DNA of 64,000 bases from Octopus vulgaris (taxonomy: Eukaryota), in assembly GCA_951406725.2 (NCBI GenBank), contig OX597823.1, positions 21,080,001 to 21,144,000 of the forward strand, written 5' to 3'. Below are positions 13,750-27,800 of this stretch, in pieces. A program made the position numbers and the translations under genes. Every line of letters starts with the position of its first letter. Position 1 is the first letter of the stretch. The notes beneath the pieces were generated by a model. The model had not been told where the DNA came from. It did no database searches and was given only the letters and a program-made list of their open reading frames with translations.

Positions 13750-13857
13750 TGTGCTATCGGATCGCCTATGAAAATTTACAATCTGAAGATGGAACCTCTG
13801 GCTGGTCGAACAATATACAAGGAATACCAGTCACTTTACCTGATGGGGAACAAATCG
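13750..13857 (+). CDS. candidate isolated host coding exon (108 bp, phase 1-1), product unknown
   Basis: ttttaacAG acceptor and G/GTAAAC donor; open frame CYRIAYENLQSEDGTSGWSNNIQGIPVTLPDGEQI; non-repetitive composition. No family recognised. Confidence 0.4.
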
Positions 13858-14184
13858 GTAAACAAATGCTGTGTTCACTGATTTCTATATCGGGATAAGA
13901 ATTTTCGGCTTACATCAGAACATCCGGATGACTAGTCATTAAAAAGACTAGATAAGATCGCAACACTGTACCTGGCAATCCGTCGGTGTTTGAGTTAAGA
14001 CTTTTGCTTTAACACATAAGTCTCTTCTTCAAGATATCCACCACAGCTAATGCCATTACAAGTTTACATGCACATTTGGAATATCACATACACACACCGA
14101 TATTGTAAGTCTCATTAGGTGTGTATATTAATTGTATGTATAATATACATATATGTGTGTGTGTATGTGTGTGTGTACATATTA

Positions 14185-14950
14185 TTTCTTTTCATGTGTT
14201 TCAGTCATTTGACTGCGGCCATGCTGGAGTACGGCCTTTAGTCGAATAAAACGATCTTAGGATTTATTCTTGGTAAGCTTAGTACTTTATGGGACGTAAT
14301 CACACCAACATCGGTTGTCAAGCGATTGTAGGGGGACAAACTCGCACACATACATACATACATATATATATATATATACGACGGCCTTCTTTCAGTTTCC
14401 GTCTACCATATCCACTCACAAGTCTTTGGTTGCCCGAAGATATAGTAGAAGACATTTGCCCGAGGTGCAATGCAGTGGGACAGAATCTAGAGGTATTTGC
14501 TTGGTAAGCAAGCTACTTTATTTCATCGAATTAACCACTGGGGTCCACAGGGTCAAATTTGCCTTTGCACCCTCCCAGTTCACCGCAGGCGTCACTCTTT
14601 GATTTAAGAGCCTGCACCCGCTATCCCCTAGCCTCGTTAAAAACACAATTCTCACTGCAAAGTGAGTCTTTACGCACAACCACAGGCAAGCAAATGTCTG
14701 GAGCAGAGTGGAGACTGTTGCTCACCAAAAAAATATTGAATACAGGGCAAAAAACTCCACTAAGCCCTCAAAAAATGCAGCAAACGCCTACCTGTAGTCG
14801 AAACACAAAGTTCAATATTTCACGAAAGACGTGACTTCTTCAATGCACAACACAATGGCACATGCGCACACCGACAACAAAAAATCATGGGAAGCCTTAA
14901 AGCCTCATGGGAAGCAAGTTACTTACCACACAGCTACTTCTGCTCCTGCG
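14185..14950 (-). mobile_element. tRNA-derived SINE family B, interrupted at 14519-14911
   Basis: Body at 14185-14518 and head at 14912-14950 align with the intact copy at 26332-26785. Confidence 0.85.
14519..14911 (-). mobile_element. internally deleted copy of the unclassified element at 53165-55441
   Basis: Its reverse complement matches 53205-53416, then 54427-54518, then the 3' end ATGAAATA. Flanked by AAGCAAG(C/T)TACTT at 14506-14518 and 14912-14924. Confidence 0.85.
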
Positions 14951-15300
14951 ATTTAATATAACATTCACTCTCTTCTACAAGACCAGCGACAGTGAGTCGC
15001 TACAAAAGTAGAAAGTAATTTGTGAATGGAATGAACTTTCATCACTAGCTAGTGATTAACACACGCTGAGGACGGGTAACCACCCAGAAACTCAAGTCCA
15101 TGTGTATCACATAAGGTTAGAGATGGGTGCGAGGACTTCCCATGCAAATACTAATCAGACACAAACTGTGTGCCGTTAGCCAGTTTGAGGAGATGTTTTC
15201 CTGAGGCTGAGGGTGAATTAAAAAGTAATGCCATATATATATATATATAGTGTGAGAGAGAGATGTATATATATGTATATATACATATATACATGTATAC

Positions 15301-15369
<69 letters not shown>

Positions 15370-16603
15370 CACATATACATATGTGCATACATACACACAC
15401 ATATATATATTTAAATGCATATATATATTGATATATGTATGTATGTATGTGCGGAATTGTGTGCATGTATGTTTGTATGTATGTATGTATACACGCACAA
15501 ACACACACACACATGCATATAGTAGATAGAAAAAGAGAAAAATAGAAATAACAAAAAAATAAATAAATATATCAACCCCAACAACCCTAATACTATCTAC
15601 TACGCTTCTGTATCGGAGGCTGTCGTTTATGCTAATGTTTAGCCCATGGACGGGCAAACCTGTCTGTGATCAAAGGCATTATGTCTGAGATCATCCTTTT
15701 TTCAAATAATTCTAGAGCTATATAAGTTAATGTGACATTCCGTTATTTTAGACTGCAGAACGTGACCAGTTGCAACGAACATGGAAGGGTCTCCCCCGCT
15801 TATTTTTGTTTGTTTCTCCTTGATTGTCATGTTAAATGTTAATATATCAATTTGAATCTATAAATATATAAATAGTGACAGCTTCATGACGTAAACAACT
15901 TAAGGTGTTGTTGTATGGCTGTGCTGAGCAGTCTGGAGACGTGTATTATTCTTGTCATTTGACACCTAGCGGTTAGTAGAAGAGGGCTGCTTGATTTATG
16001 CGAGATTGTCATGAGGTATCAATGTTATGTTGGTGATAACAGATCATTTTACCACTGCGAACCATTGTGGACAAGTGTAGTGCAGGAGTTAGTTGATGTC
16101 AACGATGTTGATCCGATATCATACGAATCAATTAAGTTCAGATGGAGAAAAAGAGAGTGATAGTGAGGGTAAGAGAGGCAGACAAAAACCGGTGAAGGTA
16201 CGTTTCGTGAGAAACACCAATACTTATGTACATTTGGTAACTCACCAACACACACAATACACAAACATGTATTTATATACGGGTGTGTGCGTTAATGTAT
16301 GTGCCTCTGAGGGTGCGCGCGCTTGTGTGTGTGTGTGTGACTGCAGGAGACGGTGGAGGCGTGTGGTTACGATTCTCTGGCGTGTGGTTACGTTTTTCGT
16401 GTTCTTGAGCGAAACATCATTTCCTGTTTCTCTGCGATGTCTTCCGGATCTGACGTGTGGCGCGCTATGCAGCTATACAGACAATGTTGATTTGACGGAA
16501 AGAGTGAGCTACGGTAGAGCATAAACATTTGACTGGTTGTCACTCCATTCCCTATATGCTTGTCAAAAGAACAAATTAAATATATGAATATATAAATATA
16601 TAT

Positions 16604-17009
16604 TTACTCTTTTACTTGTTTCGGTCATTTGATTGCGGCCATGCTGGAGCACCGCCTTTAGTCGAACAAATCGACCCCAGGACTTATTCTTTGTATGCCT
16701 AGTACTTATTCTATCGGTCTCTGTTGCCGAACTGCTAAGTTACGGGGACGTAAACACGCCAGCATCGGTTGTCAAGCAATGCTAGGGGGACAAACACAGA
16801 CACACAAACACATATACACACATATATATATATACATACATATATACGACGGACTTCTTTCAGTTTCGGTCTACCAAATCCACTCACAAAGCTTTGGTCG
16901 ACCCGAAGCTATAGCAGAAGACAGCTGGCCAAGGTGCTACGCAGTGCGACTGAACCCGGAACTATATGGTTGGTAAGCAAGCTACTTACCACACGGCCAC
17001 TCCTACGCC
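16604..17009 (-). mobile_element. SINE family B, full length
   Basis: Head GGCGTAGGAGTGGCCGTGTGGTAAG, B-box GGTTCAGTC, CCTTGGCCAG core, internal microsatellite, AAAAGAGT tail. Confidence 0.92.
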
Positions 17010-17394
17010 TAAATATTTGATAGATTTTAAACAAATTATATTTAGATAAATAATCTGTGGTAAAATTAAAATCAATTAAAATAAACAAAGGCGCATTTCG
17101 TAAAGTGAAATGTACTCTTACCAACTGAGAACAACCTTTCGTTAAAACATAGCACCATGCAAGTGATACATAGGGAATCATAACGACATTAAATGGTAAG
17201 AAAAGTACATATCATTGATTTAATAAGAAATGTATATAATGACCCAAACTGTTAACAAATAAGACCATTACACCTAAAAAATATAAAAATAAATATTATT
17301 CTATAAATAGAAAAATTATATTACTATGCTATTAACTGAAATTCTCACAATTAAAGAAATAGATCTGGATACTTTCAAATATATATATATATTT

Positions 17395-17800
17395 GAGTGG
17401 CTGTGTGGTAAGTAGCTTGCTAACCAACCACATGGTTCCGGGTTCAGTCCCACTGCGTGGCACCTTGGGCAAGTGTCTTCTGCTATAGCGTCGGGCCGAC
17501 CGATGCCTTGTGAATGGATTTGGTAGACGGAAACTGAAAGAAGCCTGTCGTATATATGTATATATAAATATATGTGTGTGTGTTTGTGTGTGTGTGTTTG
17601 TCCCCCTAGCATGCTTGACAACCGATGCTGGTGTGTTTACGTCCCCGTCACCTAGCGGTTCGGCAAAAGAGACCGATAGAATAAGTACTGGACTTACAAA
17701 GAATAAGTCCTGGGGTCGATTTGCTCGATTAAAGGCGGTGCTCCAGCATGGCCGCAGTCAAATGACTGAAGCAAGTAAAAGAGATAAAAGAGTAAAAGAG
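17395..17800 (+). mobile_element. SINE family B, near full length
   Basis: Same consensus; inverted (head-to-head) relative to 16604-17009. Confidence 0.92.
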
Positions 17801-18298
17801 ATATCTAATATATAAAGTAGAGATGTGTGTGCATTCGCTTTTCACAAAAAAGCGGCTTCACCGATTGCTTCCATACTTGTGATGCATGAATAATTCGACC
17901 TGTTAGGCTTTTCAATTGATAATCTTTTTTTATTAAAAATATAAAATAAATATTGATTTATATTTATGATTCACTTCTTTAAAAAGGTTTCTCAAAGTCA
18001 ACTTCCGGCATTGACGTAAAAACGGCGAAGTCTCTCACTGTCTATTTCAATGTTTTCATCTCAAGTTTTAATTCGCTATTTGTAAACAACTGCCATGAAT
18101 CACTGAAAGAAATATTTACTAAGTTCACAAATTTAAATATTCGCTACAAGATAGTTTTTAACGTGCTTTTATTGATACGATTTAGTCATTCCATATTTAT
18201 CTCATTCACTGCTTGTAATGTTCTCTCTCTCTCTTTCTCTCTTTCTCTCTCTCTCTCACACACACATATGTCACATTAAATATGATATTATACATTAG

Positions 18299-18705
18299 GT
18301 GTAGGAGTGTCTGTGTGGTTCCGGATTCATTCCCACTGCGTGGCACCTTGGGCAATTGTCTTCTACCATAGCCTCGGGCCGACCAAAGTCTTGTGCATGG
18401 ATATGGTAGACGGAAACCGAAAGAAGCCCGTCGTATATATGTATATATATATATGTATGTGTGTATGTGTTTGTATGTGTTCGTGTGTCTGTGTTTGCCC
18501 CCCCCCACCACCACCACCAGCATCGCTTGACAACCGATGCTGGTGTGTTTACGTCCCCGTCACTTAGCGGTTCGGCAAAAGAGACCGATAGAATAAGTAC
18601 TGGGCTTACCAGGAATAAGTCCCGGGGTCGATTTGCTCGACTAAAGGCGGTGCTCCAGCATGGCCACAGTCAAATGATTGAAACAAATAAAAGAGTAAAA
18701 GAGTA
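18299..18705 (+). mobile_element. SINE family B (deletion in head)
   Basis: Aligns with the other family B copies. Confidence 0.9.
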
Positions 18706-18920
18706 AATATCACGATAAAATTTTGCAATTCAACATGGGGCGTCCCAAAAATATGTGCATTTTTTTGCTTGAACTCGCCGCACTTCGTTAATTTCCGTAA
18801 AAAAATTTTATTCATTTTCTTTTTGCTGGCCTTGTTCAGTTCTACGTATTTTTAATGAGTTACAGACGCACGCGTGTGTTTTTGTATGTACGTTTGTATA
18901 TATACGTTTGTATGTATATA

Positions 18921-19151
18921 AGGCGGCGAGCTGGTAGAAACGTTAGCACGCCGGGCGAAATTCGTAGCCGTATTTCGTCTGTCGTTACGTTCCGAGTTCA
19001 AATTCCGCCGAGGTCGACTTTGCCTTTCATCCTTTCGGGGTCGATAAATTAAGTACCAGTTACGCACCGGGGTCGATGTAATCGACTTAATCCGTTTGTA
19101 TGTCCTTGTTTGTCCCCTCTGTGTTTAGCCCCTTGTGGGTAGTAAAGAAAT
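18921..19151 (+). mobile_element. SINE family A, full length
   Basis: GGCGGCGAGCTGGTAGAAACG head, GAGTTCAAATTCC B-box, shared central domain and tail. Confidence 0.92.
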
Positions 19152-19164
19152 ATATATTTATGTA

Positions 19165-19535
19165 CTAGCAGTATCGCCCGGCGTTGCTCGGGTTTGTAAG
19201 GGAAATAACTATAAAGCATTTTTAGAGAGTTATAGCCAAAAAATAGCAAAAAAATGGAAAAAAAATGATAGTAAATTAAAAGGGTCGAGTTGCGTCCCCT
19301 AGACAGTCTGTGGTTTGTGTTTCTGATTCTCGACCCCATGTCGAATTTATCGATTTTTTTGAGAACTGGGGGAACTTTTCAAAATTTTTGCTGCGTTAGT
19401 TTTGAATTATGACATTGGGCTATGAGTGTGTCAAGTTTCATCAGAATCGGTTGAAAGCCGTGGTCAGGGTGAGGGTACAACCTGACAGACACACAGACAC
19501 ACACACAGACAAACTGCCGTTTATATATAGAGAGA
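19165..19535 (-). mobile_element. non-autonomous Helitron
   Basis: Minus strand: 5' TC(TC)TATATATAAACGGCAG, 3' CCCGAGCAACGCCGGG hairpin then CTAG; sits between A and T; homologous to 27868-28671. Confidence 0.88.
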
Positions 19536-19873
19536 TATGTGAAGAGGTGTGTTGTCATGTATACGTACATACATAAATACATAGGCATACATCTTTATTG
19601 AATGTATGTGTGCACGTGTGTGTGTATGAGAGAGAGAGAGTGGTGTCTGAGTGGCACTCACTCCCTCTCTCTCTCTCTCACACACACACATATAGAGACA
19701 AGAAAGATTTATGCTTATTTATTTATGTATGTACGTATACATGACACACCCCTTTACTCACTCTTTGTCTCTCTCTCACACACACACATGCACACACACT
19801 CATACACACACACTCATACACACACATTCAAACACATACACGTTCATTTCATCTGATACTGTATGTATATGTA

Positions 19874-19931
<58 letters not shown>

Positions 19932-19984
19932 TGTGTGAGCGTGCATGCGTGGGGCGTTCCACAATCGCCAGAAAAAAGCAGAGA

Positions 19985-21131
19985 AATTTTCTTTCTTGCT
20001 GCCCCTGGTGTCACAGGTAAAACATTTGTGACATTGCTAGCCACCATTCTCCCAGGAGGACGAAAGTTCATTCTGCTTTTAAATTAGCACTAAACCTAGT
20101 CACAAATGGCAGTCCAATTTGTAACATAACCAAAGATTTAGGTTCAGCAGAAGTGTTGTGCCAATGCCACCTGATCATTTGGTATGAATGCCCCATATCA
20201 CATTGAGATACATTGGAAGCTCTTGGTAAGACCTTACAGGACATCAGACGCAACAATAAATCTATGGGAGGAGTTACATTAGTTTTATCAGGAGACTTCA
20301 GACAGACATTAACAGTCATTCCAAGACAAACAAGATCTAATAAAATATAAACATGCATTAAGTCATCACACATATGAACTAAAGTACTGAATTTCACCTC
20401 CACTACTTGCGTGTGAGCTTTGTTACACGGGGACCAATGTGCAAAACAGTTTTCAACCTGGCTCCTCCAATTACAAAATGCCAAAGAACCATTTGATGGG
20501 AATGGTGCAATCAGTTTTGCTCATATTGCTATTATGGTGAATTCCCCCAGAGTATTTCCAGACTTAAGTAATAATTATAATTCACATAAATGGGTGTGTG
20601 AAAGGACAATTCTTGCTCCAAAAAATAAGTCATTAAGAAGTACATTAAGAAGTACAAATCAGCTGATTTAGTCCTGGATGAAAATCAACCTGCCCTTGAT
20701 CCTCTTGAGCCACTTGGAACTCCACCACATAAACTTTTCCCAATAATGCTTCTAAGTAATTTAGATCATCCTAATTTATACAATGAGACGAATTTGATTG
20801 TGAAGACATTATCACGTAATGTGACAGACGATACAATCATCACTGGATGTGCCTCTGGGGAAGAGGTTTTCATTCCATTGAATTCCCAAAAAACCAACAC
20901 ACATACCATTTGTGTTCAAACAAACACAATTCTCTGTGTGACATCGCTTTGCAATGTCTGTTAATAAAGCCCAAGGTCAGTCTTTCAAATCTGCTGGCTT
21001 GCTTTTCTCATGCTGGGTGCTCCATGTTTTCTTATGTTGGGTGCTCCAGAGTAGGTAGTTTTCAAGACTTATTTTTCTATGCCTGAAACCAGAAAACAAA
21101 TCATGTTGTTTACCCAGAAGCTCTTACGTAA
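19985..21131 (+). pseudogene. Helitron RepHel PIF1-like helicase remnant
   Basis: APGVTGKTF (Walker A), ATILPGGR, LIIWYECP, MGGVTLVLSGDFRQTL, ILAPKN, PIMLLSNLD, EEVFIP, YVGCSRVG, VVYPEAL; many stops and frameshifts. Confidence 0.9.
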
Positions 21132-21189
21132 TTTCCTGCAACATATGTAGTATAATTTATTTCATTCCATAAAAGTGGTAAATTTTCGT

Positions 21190-21210
21190 TTATTATTATT
21201 ATTATTATCA

Positions 21211-21306
<96 letters not shown>
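21190..21306. repeat. (ATT)n microsatellite
   Basis: Seen directly. Confidence 0.97.
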
Positions 21307-21308
<2 letters not shown>

Positions 21309-21489
21309 TCAGAATTGATTTCCCAATTACAGAATAAATTGAATTTAGAATAACAAATTTCTATACAACATAATTTGCATTTTTTTCCAGCATATAAGGA
21401 AAATTTTCATTCCCAGGCAACGCCGTGTGCTTCTGCTAGAATTATATATTTATAGCTGTATTTTGTTCTCTTGGTAAACAGGTAGGGAA

Positions 21490-21720
21490 AGGCGGCGATC
21501 TGGCAGAAACGTTAACGCGCCGGGCGAAATGCTTAGCGGTATTTCGTCTGTCACTACGTTCTGAGTTCAAATTACGCCGAGGTTAACTTTGCCTTTCATC
21601 CTTTCGGGGTCGATTAAATAAGTACCAGTTACGCACTGGGGTCGATATAATCAACTTATTCTTTTCGTCTGTCCTTGTTTGTCCCCTCTGTGTTTAGCCC
21701 CTTGTGGGTAGTAAAGAAAT
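21490..21720 (+). mobile_element. SINE family A with 10-bp TSD
   Basis: AGGTAGGGAA at 21480-21489 and 21721-21730. Confidence 0.92.
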
Positions 21721-22073
21721 AGGTAGGGAACAAAGCCACAAGCAGTCACTTTTTTTTTAAAAAAAAGAAAAGAATCTATATTCCATTGAGGGAAATTATA
21801 GTATGACCTAAATCTTCAGAACAACTAACCATCGTCCTGTATGGTCGAAGTTTAAATTGTAGCTATCTTTAGAACAAATTCCAAAGGCATACATGCTGAT
21901 GCGCGACACACACACAGATGCATGCAATACCAGTCAGTCTGTAAGGAACACTGCCATCCATTGAAATGTAATCGAATAGAATGCAAAGATACACACGTTG
22001 AGGCACACAAGAACGCATATGCTACTATTCTGTCTGTAGTGAACACTACATCTATTAAGATGTAAATGAATAT

Positions 22074-22186
22074 GTCAATTTTGGCCCTGAAGAGATTTTT
22101 ACCTTCTAAATTGATAATGAAATTTTTAATTGTAAAATATGAATGAAGGTATATATCGAAACGTAGGTAGGCGTTATGAAATTGAC
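22074..22186 (+). ncRNA. type I hammerhead ribozyme, canonical core, extended stems
   Basis: GTCAATTT-tg-GCC CTGAAGA GATTTTTACCTTC...GAAGGTATATATC GAAA C-gtag-G TA GGC-gttatg-AAATTGAC; predicted cleavage after 22169. Confidence 0.72.
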
Positions 22187-22757
22187 TATTATGTAACTAA
22201 ATTTATTTTGCTGTGTTCAAACTCTCGACTTTCTTTATATTATATTACTAAAATTCTGTTCTCATGTATCTAATAGATGAAAACATCTATAAATTAATCT
22301 ATATAGCGATAAACCGTCGACTGCTTGGATGTAAGACATCCCTAGAAAGAGCAATTTCTTTCAATACAAAATTTCATAAACACTCTCTACCCACACACAC
22401 ACACACGCACATATGTATATGTGCGTGTGTGCGCGTGTGTGTGAGTGTGTGTGTGTGTATGTGTGTGTGAAAACGCATTGCTTACTGTTTAGAGTGTCGG
22501 GCTTATAATCATGATGTGAGGTCGATTTCCGGACCGAGCTCTGTGTTGTGTTCTTGAGCATTACACGTCACTTAGAAGAGAGGAAATTAAAGCTGTATTG
22601 GGCTTTTCCTTCCGCTTAGACATCAAACATCAGTGAGGTGGGGGTAGAAGACTTGTATGGGTGGGCGACTGGTTTTCCACAAACAACCTTGTCCGGACTT
22701 AATCCTCGGAAGGTAGCTTCCAAGGTGCAATCCTACATCCCTTTGTGATGAAAGGGG

Positions 22758-22799
<42 letters not shown>

Positions 22800-22814
<15 letters not shown>

Positions 22815-23060
22815 AATATATGCACATATACACACATACACGTACATACCTACATATATATGTATATATACATGCATATGTGGTGGGTACAGGACATAAA
22901 AAAAAATTTGAACACAATGAGAAAGGAAAACATAAAAGCAAAAACATACAAAACGAACTTTTTTCGTAATAAAAAAAACAAACAGAGAAACGAGACATGC
23001 AATATAAAGAATATTCCCCTTTATCAGTTGTCCCTGTTTTATCTACTTCGCGTTTCGAAG
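22800..23060 (-). mobile_element. partial copy of the 10.9-11.2 kb element 3' end
   Basis: Reverse complement CGAAACGCGAAGTAGATAAAACAGGGACAACTGATAAAGGGGAA...GTCCTGTACC..TATGCATGTATATATACAT aligns with 10951-11200. Confidence 0.7.
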
Positions 23061-23158
23061 TATATATATATATATATATATACATATATATTATATATAT
23101 AATATATATATATATTATTTATATAATATATATATATATATATATCATATATATATAT

Positions 23159-23210
<52 letters not shown>

Positions 23211-23335
23211 TATATTATATATATATTATATATATATATAAATATATACATATATATATACTATTTATATAATATATATATATTATATATATAGATATAT
23301 ACATATATATATAAATTATATATATATTATATATA

Positions 23336-23410
<75 letters not shown>

Positions 23411-23412
23411 TA
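23060..23412. repeat. degenerate (TA)n tract
   Basis: Seen directly. Confidence 0.97.
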
Positions 23413-26331
23413 TCTTGTCACTTGAGCCGGAGGAAACAGGTTCTTTTGACAAGTTTACGAGAATTAAACGAAAAATTTGAAATAATAATAATTCTAATGT
23501 GGCAACGAAGGGCATCGTTTTCTGCAAGTGTTCAGAGAGCCTCCTTCCACGCTAACACATACATTCATTCCGTCTTGGAATTTTTCAATAAATTTCTTGA
23601 TTTCTCAACTACGGATAGCCATATTATGCAACACCTAATAGAAATGTTACAAATCGAATGACACCTGAATCTTTTGAATGCTTGGAAAGGCCTTCAGATA
23701 TATTTGTAACAGCTATTATTTGATATAGTAAAGACAGACGCCATTGGTATTAATGTTCATTTTCTAACTCACCACTATTCCACTTCTGATTGTCAACTAT
23801 GAACAATTATATGACCAAAATTCATTCCTATGTCTCATGAGCACTTCGTGACAAGTTTTAACTGTCTGTTGCTGTCGTGAATATTACTTGAATAACGCTT
23901 AAGGTGTGCTTTTTCGGTCAGTAGTTTTGTAACGATCTTCAAGAGAGTTTCACTAGGGATATTATAAATTTATGGGAGCGCTGTTTGCACAGTAGTAATT
24001 CTGTAGCTTGTTTAGATATCACTGTACTCTTGTTTGTTTACATTAAAGTTCCTGTCCTCCTCTTGGTAGCAACTGTAGGTCCCGTCCCCTCCTGGTTGCT
24101 ACCGTGATACTGAAACGATATAATGGCTTTTTCATAATATTTCAATACTATAGAATTAAATTTCTCGATAAACTAATAGGCAGCATTTGAATTATAGACA
24201 TCTGCAAACAAATTGTGTTGTATAAAGCATCATCGTAACAGAATCGGTGTACGATATCATATGGAATATGCCACCCGTAGCCGCTCGACCAGGCCCGGAT
24301 ATCATCAGTGACAATCATTATAGAGGAAAAGCCCTGTATAAATGGGAGAAGTATAACTCGACTATTACAATACGAAATTAGTGGAGTAGAGGCAGATTCG
24401 GAGACGCTTCGAAATATAGTTACAAACAGAAAATCCCAGGCCAAAGCCTTCTAATAGAATAATGATTCAAGAATTTCCCCTTTTATTGGTAATATTTGTT
24501 GGGACAAACCGAAATAGCTGTCGACTGTCATAACTTTTCGTAAATAGCTAAAACATTCAAGCTAAAATGATAGATCATTATAGATGACCTGATAGATCAT
24601 TATATACTATACTATGTTATATTATATTATATTATGTTATATTATATCATATCACATGTGTGTATGTGTTTTGTCTCTGTGTATGTAAGACATCCTTATA
24701 TGTCTTTTCGTAGTCTAGGTGGTTCTGATTCTAGAATATTTCTTTTCCAGTCATGGACACAAATGTCATGTTAGAAATAGTGTACGATGTTGTGACCTGC
24801 TGTTTTGCTAGCCGTCAGATACTTTTTCTACTTTCTGATCCATATCCGAATGCAACAACTAATCGTCACGATGTATAAGTATCCACCAAATATTTAACAA
24901 CTTCACAAGTAAATAGCTTCAAAAATCAAGCAATTTTTGTTGTCCAAGAAAATGGCTGTCACAGACAGCAATTGTTATTCCACGTTAAACGATGTCAGTC
25001 AATTTTTAAATGACATCCACAACCAGTGACAATCTTTCATAGAATAGAGCAATAAATTGTAAAGTAACTACTACTACTGCAACCACCACTACTACCACCA
25101 TCACTCCGCTTATACCTCTGTATAAAATAGATCCAGTCGAATATTCACAATGTAACAACAATTTAAAGCTATAGATTGCAGGGAATATATCCAGAATTCT
25201 CTATATTATCATTTGATATAAGACCATTTTAGCGAGATTAGAGAAAACAACAGCCAGTCGCATGTTAAATGTTATCGACAGTGTCACTAGAGACTATATG
25301 AAAATATGAGATAAGTTTGTAATGGACAATCAATACCTGACGGTATGCAGCCGTTATCTGTTATAAAATATCCAGGGTATACATAGAATGCACCTGGTAA
25401 TGGAATTAGGAAATGCAAGCCACCCAGTCGACAATAAAGCTAGAGAAATATATCAATAACCTACAACTGAGTATCGAACATTAATGAACCAAGATAATGC
25501 GCAATACGTCCACAGCATACGAACCAAATTGTTGGAAACACTGATTGGAATGTATAGATTATTTTACATTCCAAATATAAGTGTGGTAGATTTGATAAAT
25601 ATAATATTTGTACTCAGCATCTTAAACGAGATATTCCGTCACTAAAAACGAATACAAGAACGAACAATAATTATTTTCCAGTTGAATGTTGGAATATTAA
25701 AAGGAAGGAATATTTATGTGAAACGATCTCCTAAAAGCAAATAGAAAAACTTTAAATCATAAATTTAGATCCTGGAAGAACGGTAGTTCAATTAGTTGTA
25801 TTATAGGAAAGAAAAGCGGATCGACAGTAAATGTATGTACTATCATAACTGCATAATCTTCCCTAAGCTGCTTAATGGGAAAAACACGAGAGAGACAGCA
25901 ACACATTTAAGAGAATTATCAAATTCACACACCAAGTTGCTTCGTACAAGTCTTACAACTAACAGGGGAGAAAACACAATTGAAGTAGAATATAAATATA
26001 TTGTTTGCATTATTTATTGGCTCTTTAGAAGCTGCTTCAACCAATACCACTGAGAGTGTTACGAGTTCAGAAGACACGTGGACAGAAAGGATTATGAGAT
26101 CATATCAAACAGTTGCTGATTAATAATTCTGTAACATTTGAATTTAAAATATAGTGCAGAAAATGTTGTGACAATATGATCACAGAAAGTTGATTCACTC
26201 GGTTTCCCTATCATATAAGCTGAAATAGCTAGATTTGGTAAAGATATTTTCTGACCAAGTTGCTCCCATTGAACAACGTAACAAGAGCTACTCAACAATC
26301 CCATTCGTATGTTTTTGCTAAGTATAATTAT

Positions 26332-26527
26332 AGGCGCAGGAGTGGCTGTGTGGTAAGTAGCTTGCTTACGAACCACATGATTCCGTATTCAGTCCCACTG
26401 CGCGGCACCTTGGGCAGGTGTCTTCTACTATAGCCTCGGGCCGACCAAAGCCTTGTGAGTGGATTTGGTAGACGGAAACTGAAAGAAGCCCGTCGTGTAT
26501 ATGTATATGTATGTATATATATATATG

Positions 26528-26576
<49 letters not shown>

Positions 26577-26785
26577 TTGTGCGTCTGTGTTTGTCCCCCC
26601 AACATCGCTTGACAACCGATGCTGGTGTGTTTACGTCCCCGTAACTTAGCAGTTCGGCAAAAGAGACCGATAGAATAAGTACTGGCCTTACAAAGAATAA
26701 GTTCTGGGGTCGATTTGCTCGACTGAAGGCGGTGCTCCAGCATGGCCGCAGTCAAATGACTGAAACAAGTAAAAGAGTAAAGAGT
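26332..26785 (+). mobile_element. SINE family B, full length (reference copy)
   Basis: GGCGCAGGAGTGGCTGTGTGGTAAGTAGCTTGCTTACGAACC head; CCTTGGGCAGG core; AAAAGAGT tail. Confidence 0.93.
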
Positions 26786-27054
26786 ATACGTAGGTGATGC
26801 TGTTGAGAAGGAAAGGAAAACTAAAGATTATTACATCAGACATTTAGACAATTGATACTCAGAGCTTTATTTCTTCAAGAAGACGCTACCCGACATAATA
26901 TTTGCAGTACCAATAAGGGTACAAATACTGAATGTATTTCACAATACAGTAAGGCTGATTCACCCATTGAGGGCAATACTCCAAAAATCCTTCCTCATGT
27001 ATAACGACCAATAGAAGTAAATATCCGAATTCGGCCTAAGTTTATCTTCTATAC

Positions 27055-27265
27055 AATTACATACATAGATACATAGACACAGACACACACATACATACAT
27101 ACCATACATACATACATACATACATACATACATACATACATACATACATGCATGCATACATACATACATACATACATACATACATACATACATACATACA
27201 TACATACATACATACATACATACATACATACATACATGCATACCTACATACACACACACACACAA
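27055..27265. repeat. (TACA)n microsatellite
   Basis: Seen directly. Confidence 0.96.
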
Positions 27266-27276
27266 ATACATATAAT

Positions 27277-27588
<312 letters not shown>

Positions 27589-27589
27589 C

Positions 27590-27800
27590 ATAACCGCACG
27601 TGGACTGTTGGTGATTTTTCCGAATTTTTCCTTATTTTTCCGTCTTTCTCTTTGAACTTTTTTTTTCCGACGAAGAGCTATGCTCGAAACGTTAACAACT
27701 CTCTCCTTTCACCGAGCGTTGAATTAATATATTTCTTGTGCACGTCCTCACGTTCATTTTTTTTCTTTTTTCTGATATTTAATTTATTGTTCTTTGGATT

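Larger units (their letters stand above)
17804..21439 (+). mobile_element. decayed Helitron with nested insertions
   Basis: Putative 5' TCTAATATATAAAG at 17804; PIF1-like helicase remnant; 3' CCCAGGCAACGCCGTG..CTGCTAG ending at 21439. Linking the 5' end to the helicase part is an inference. Confidence 0.6.

Noticed and set aside
23450-26050. Possible RTE LINE debris (e.g. KFIEKFQDGMNVCV on the minus strand)
   Set aside because: Too degraded to set boundaries or family without a profile search.
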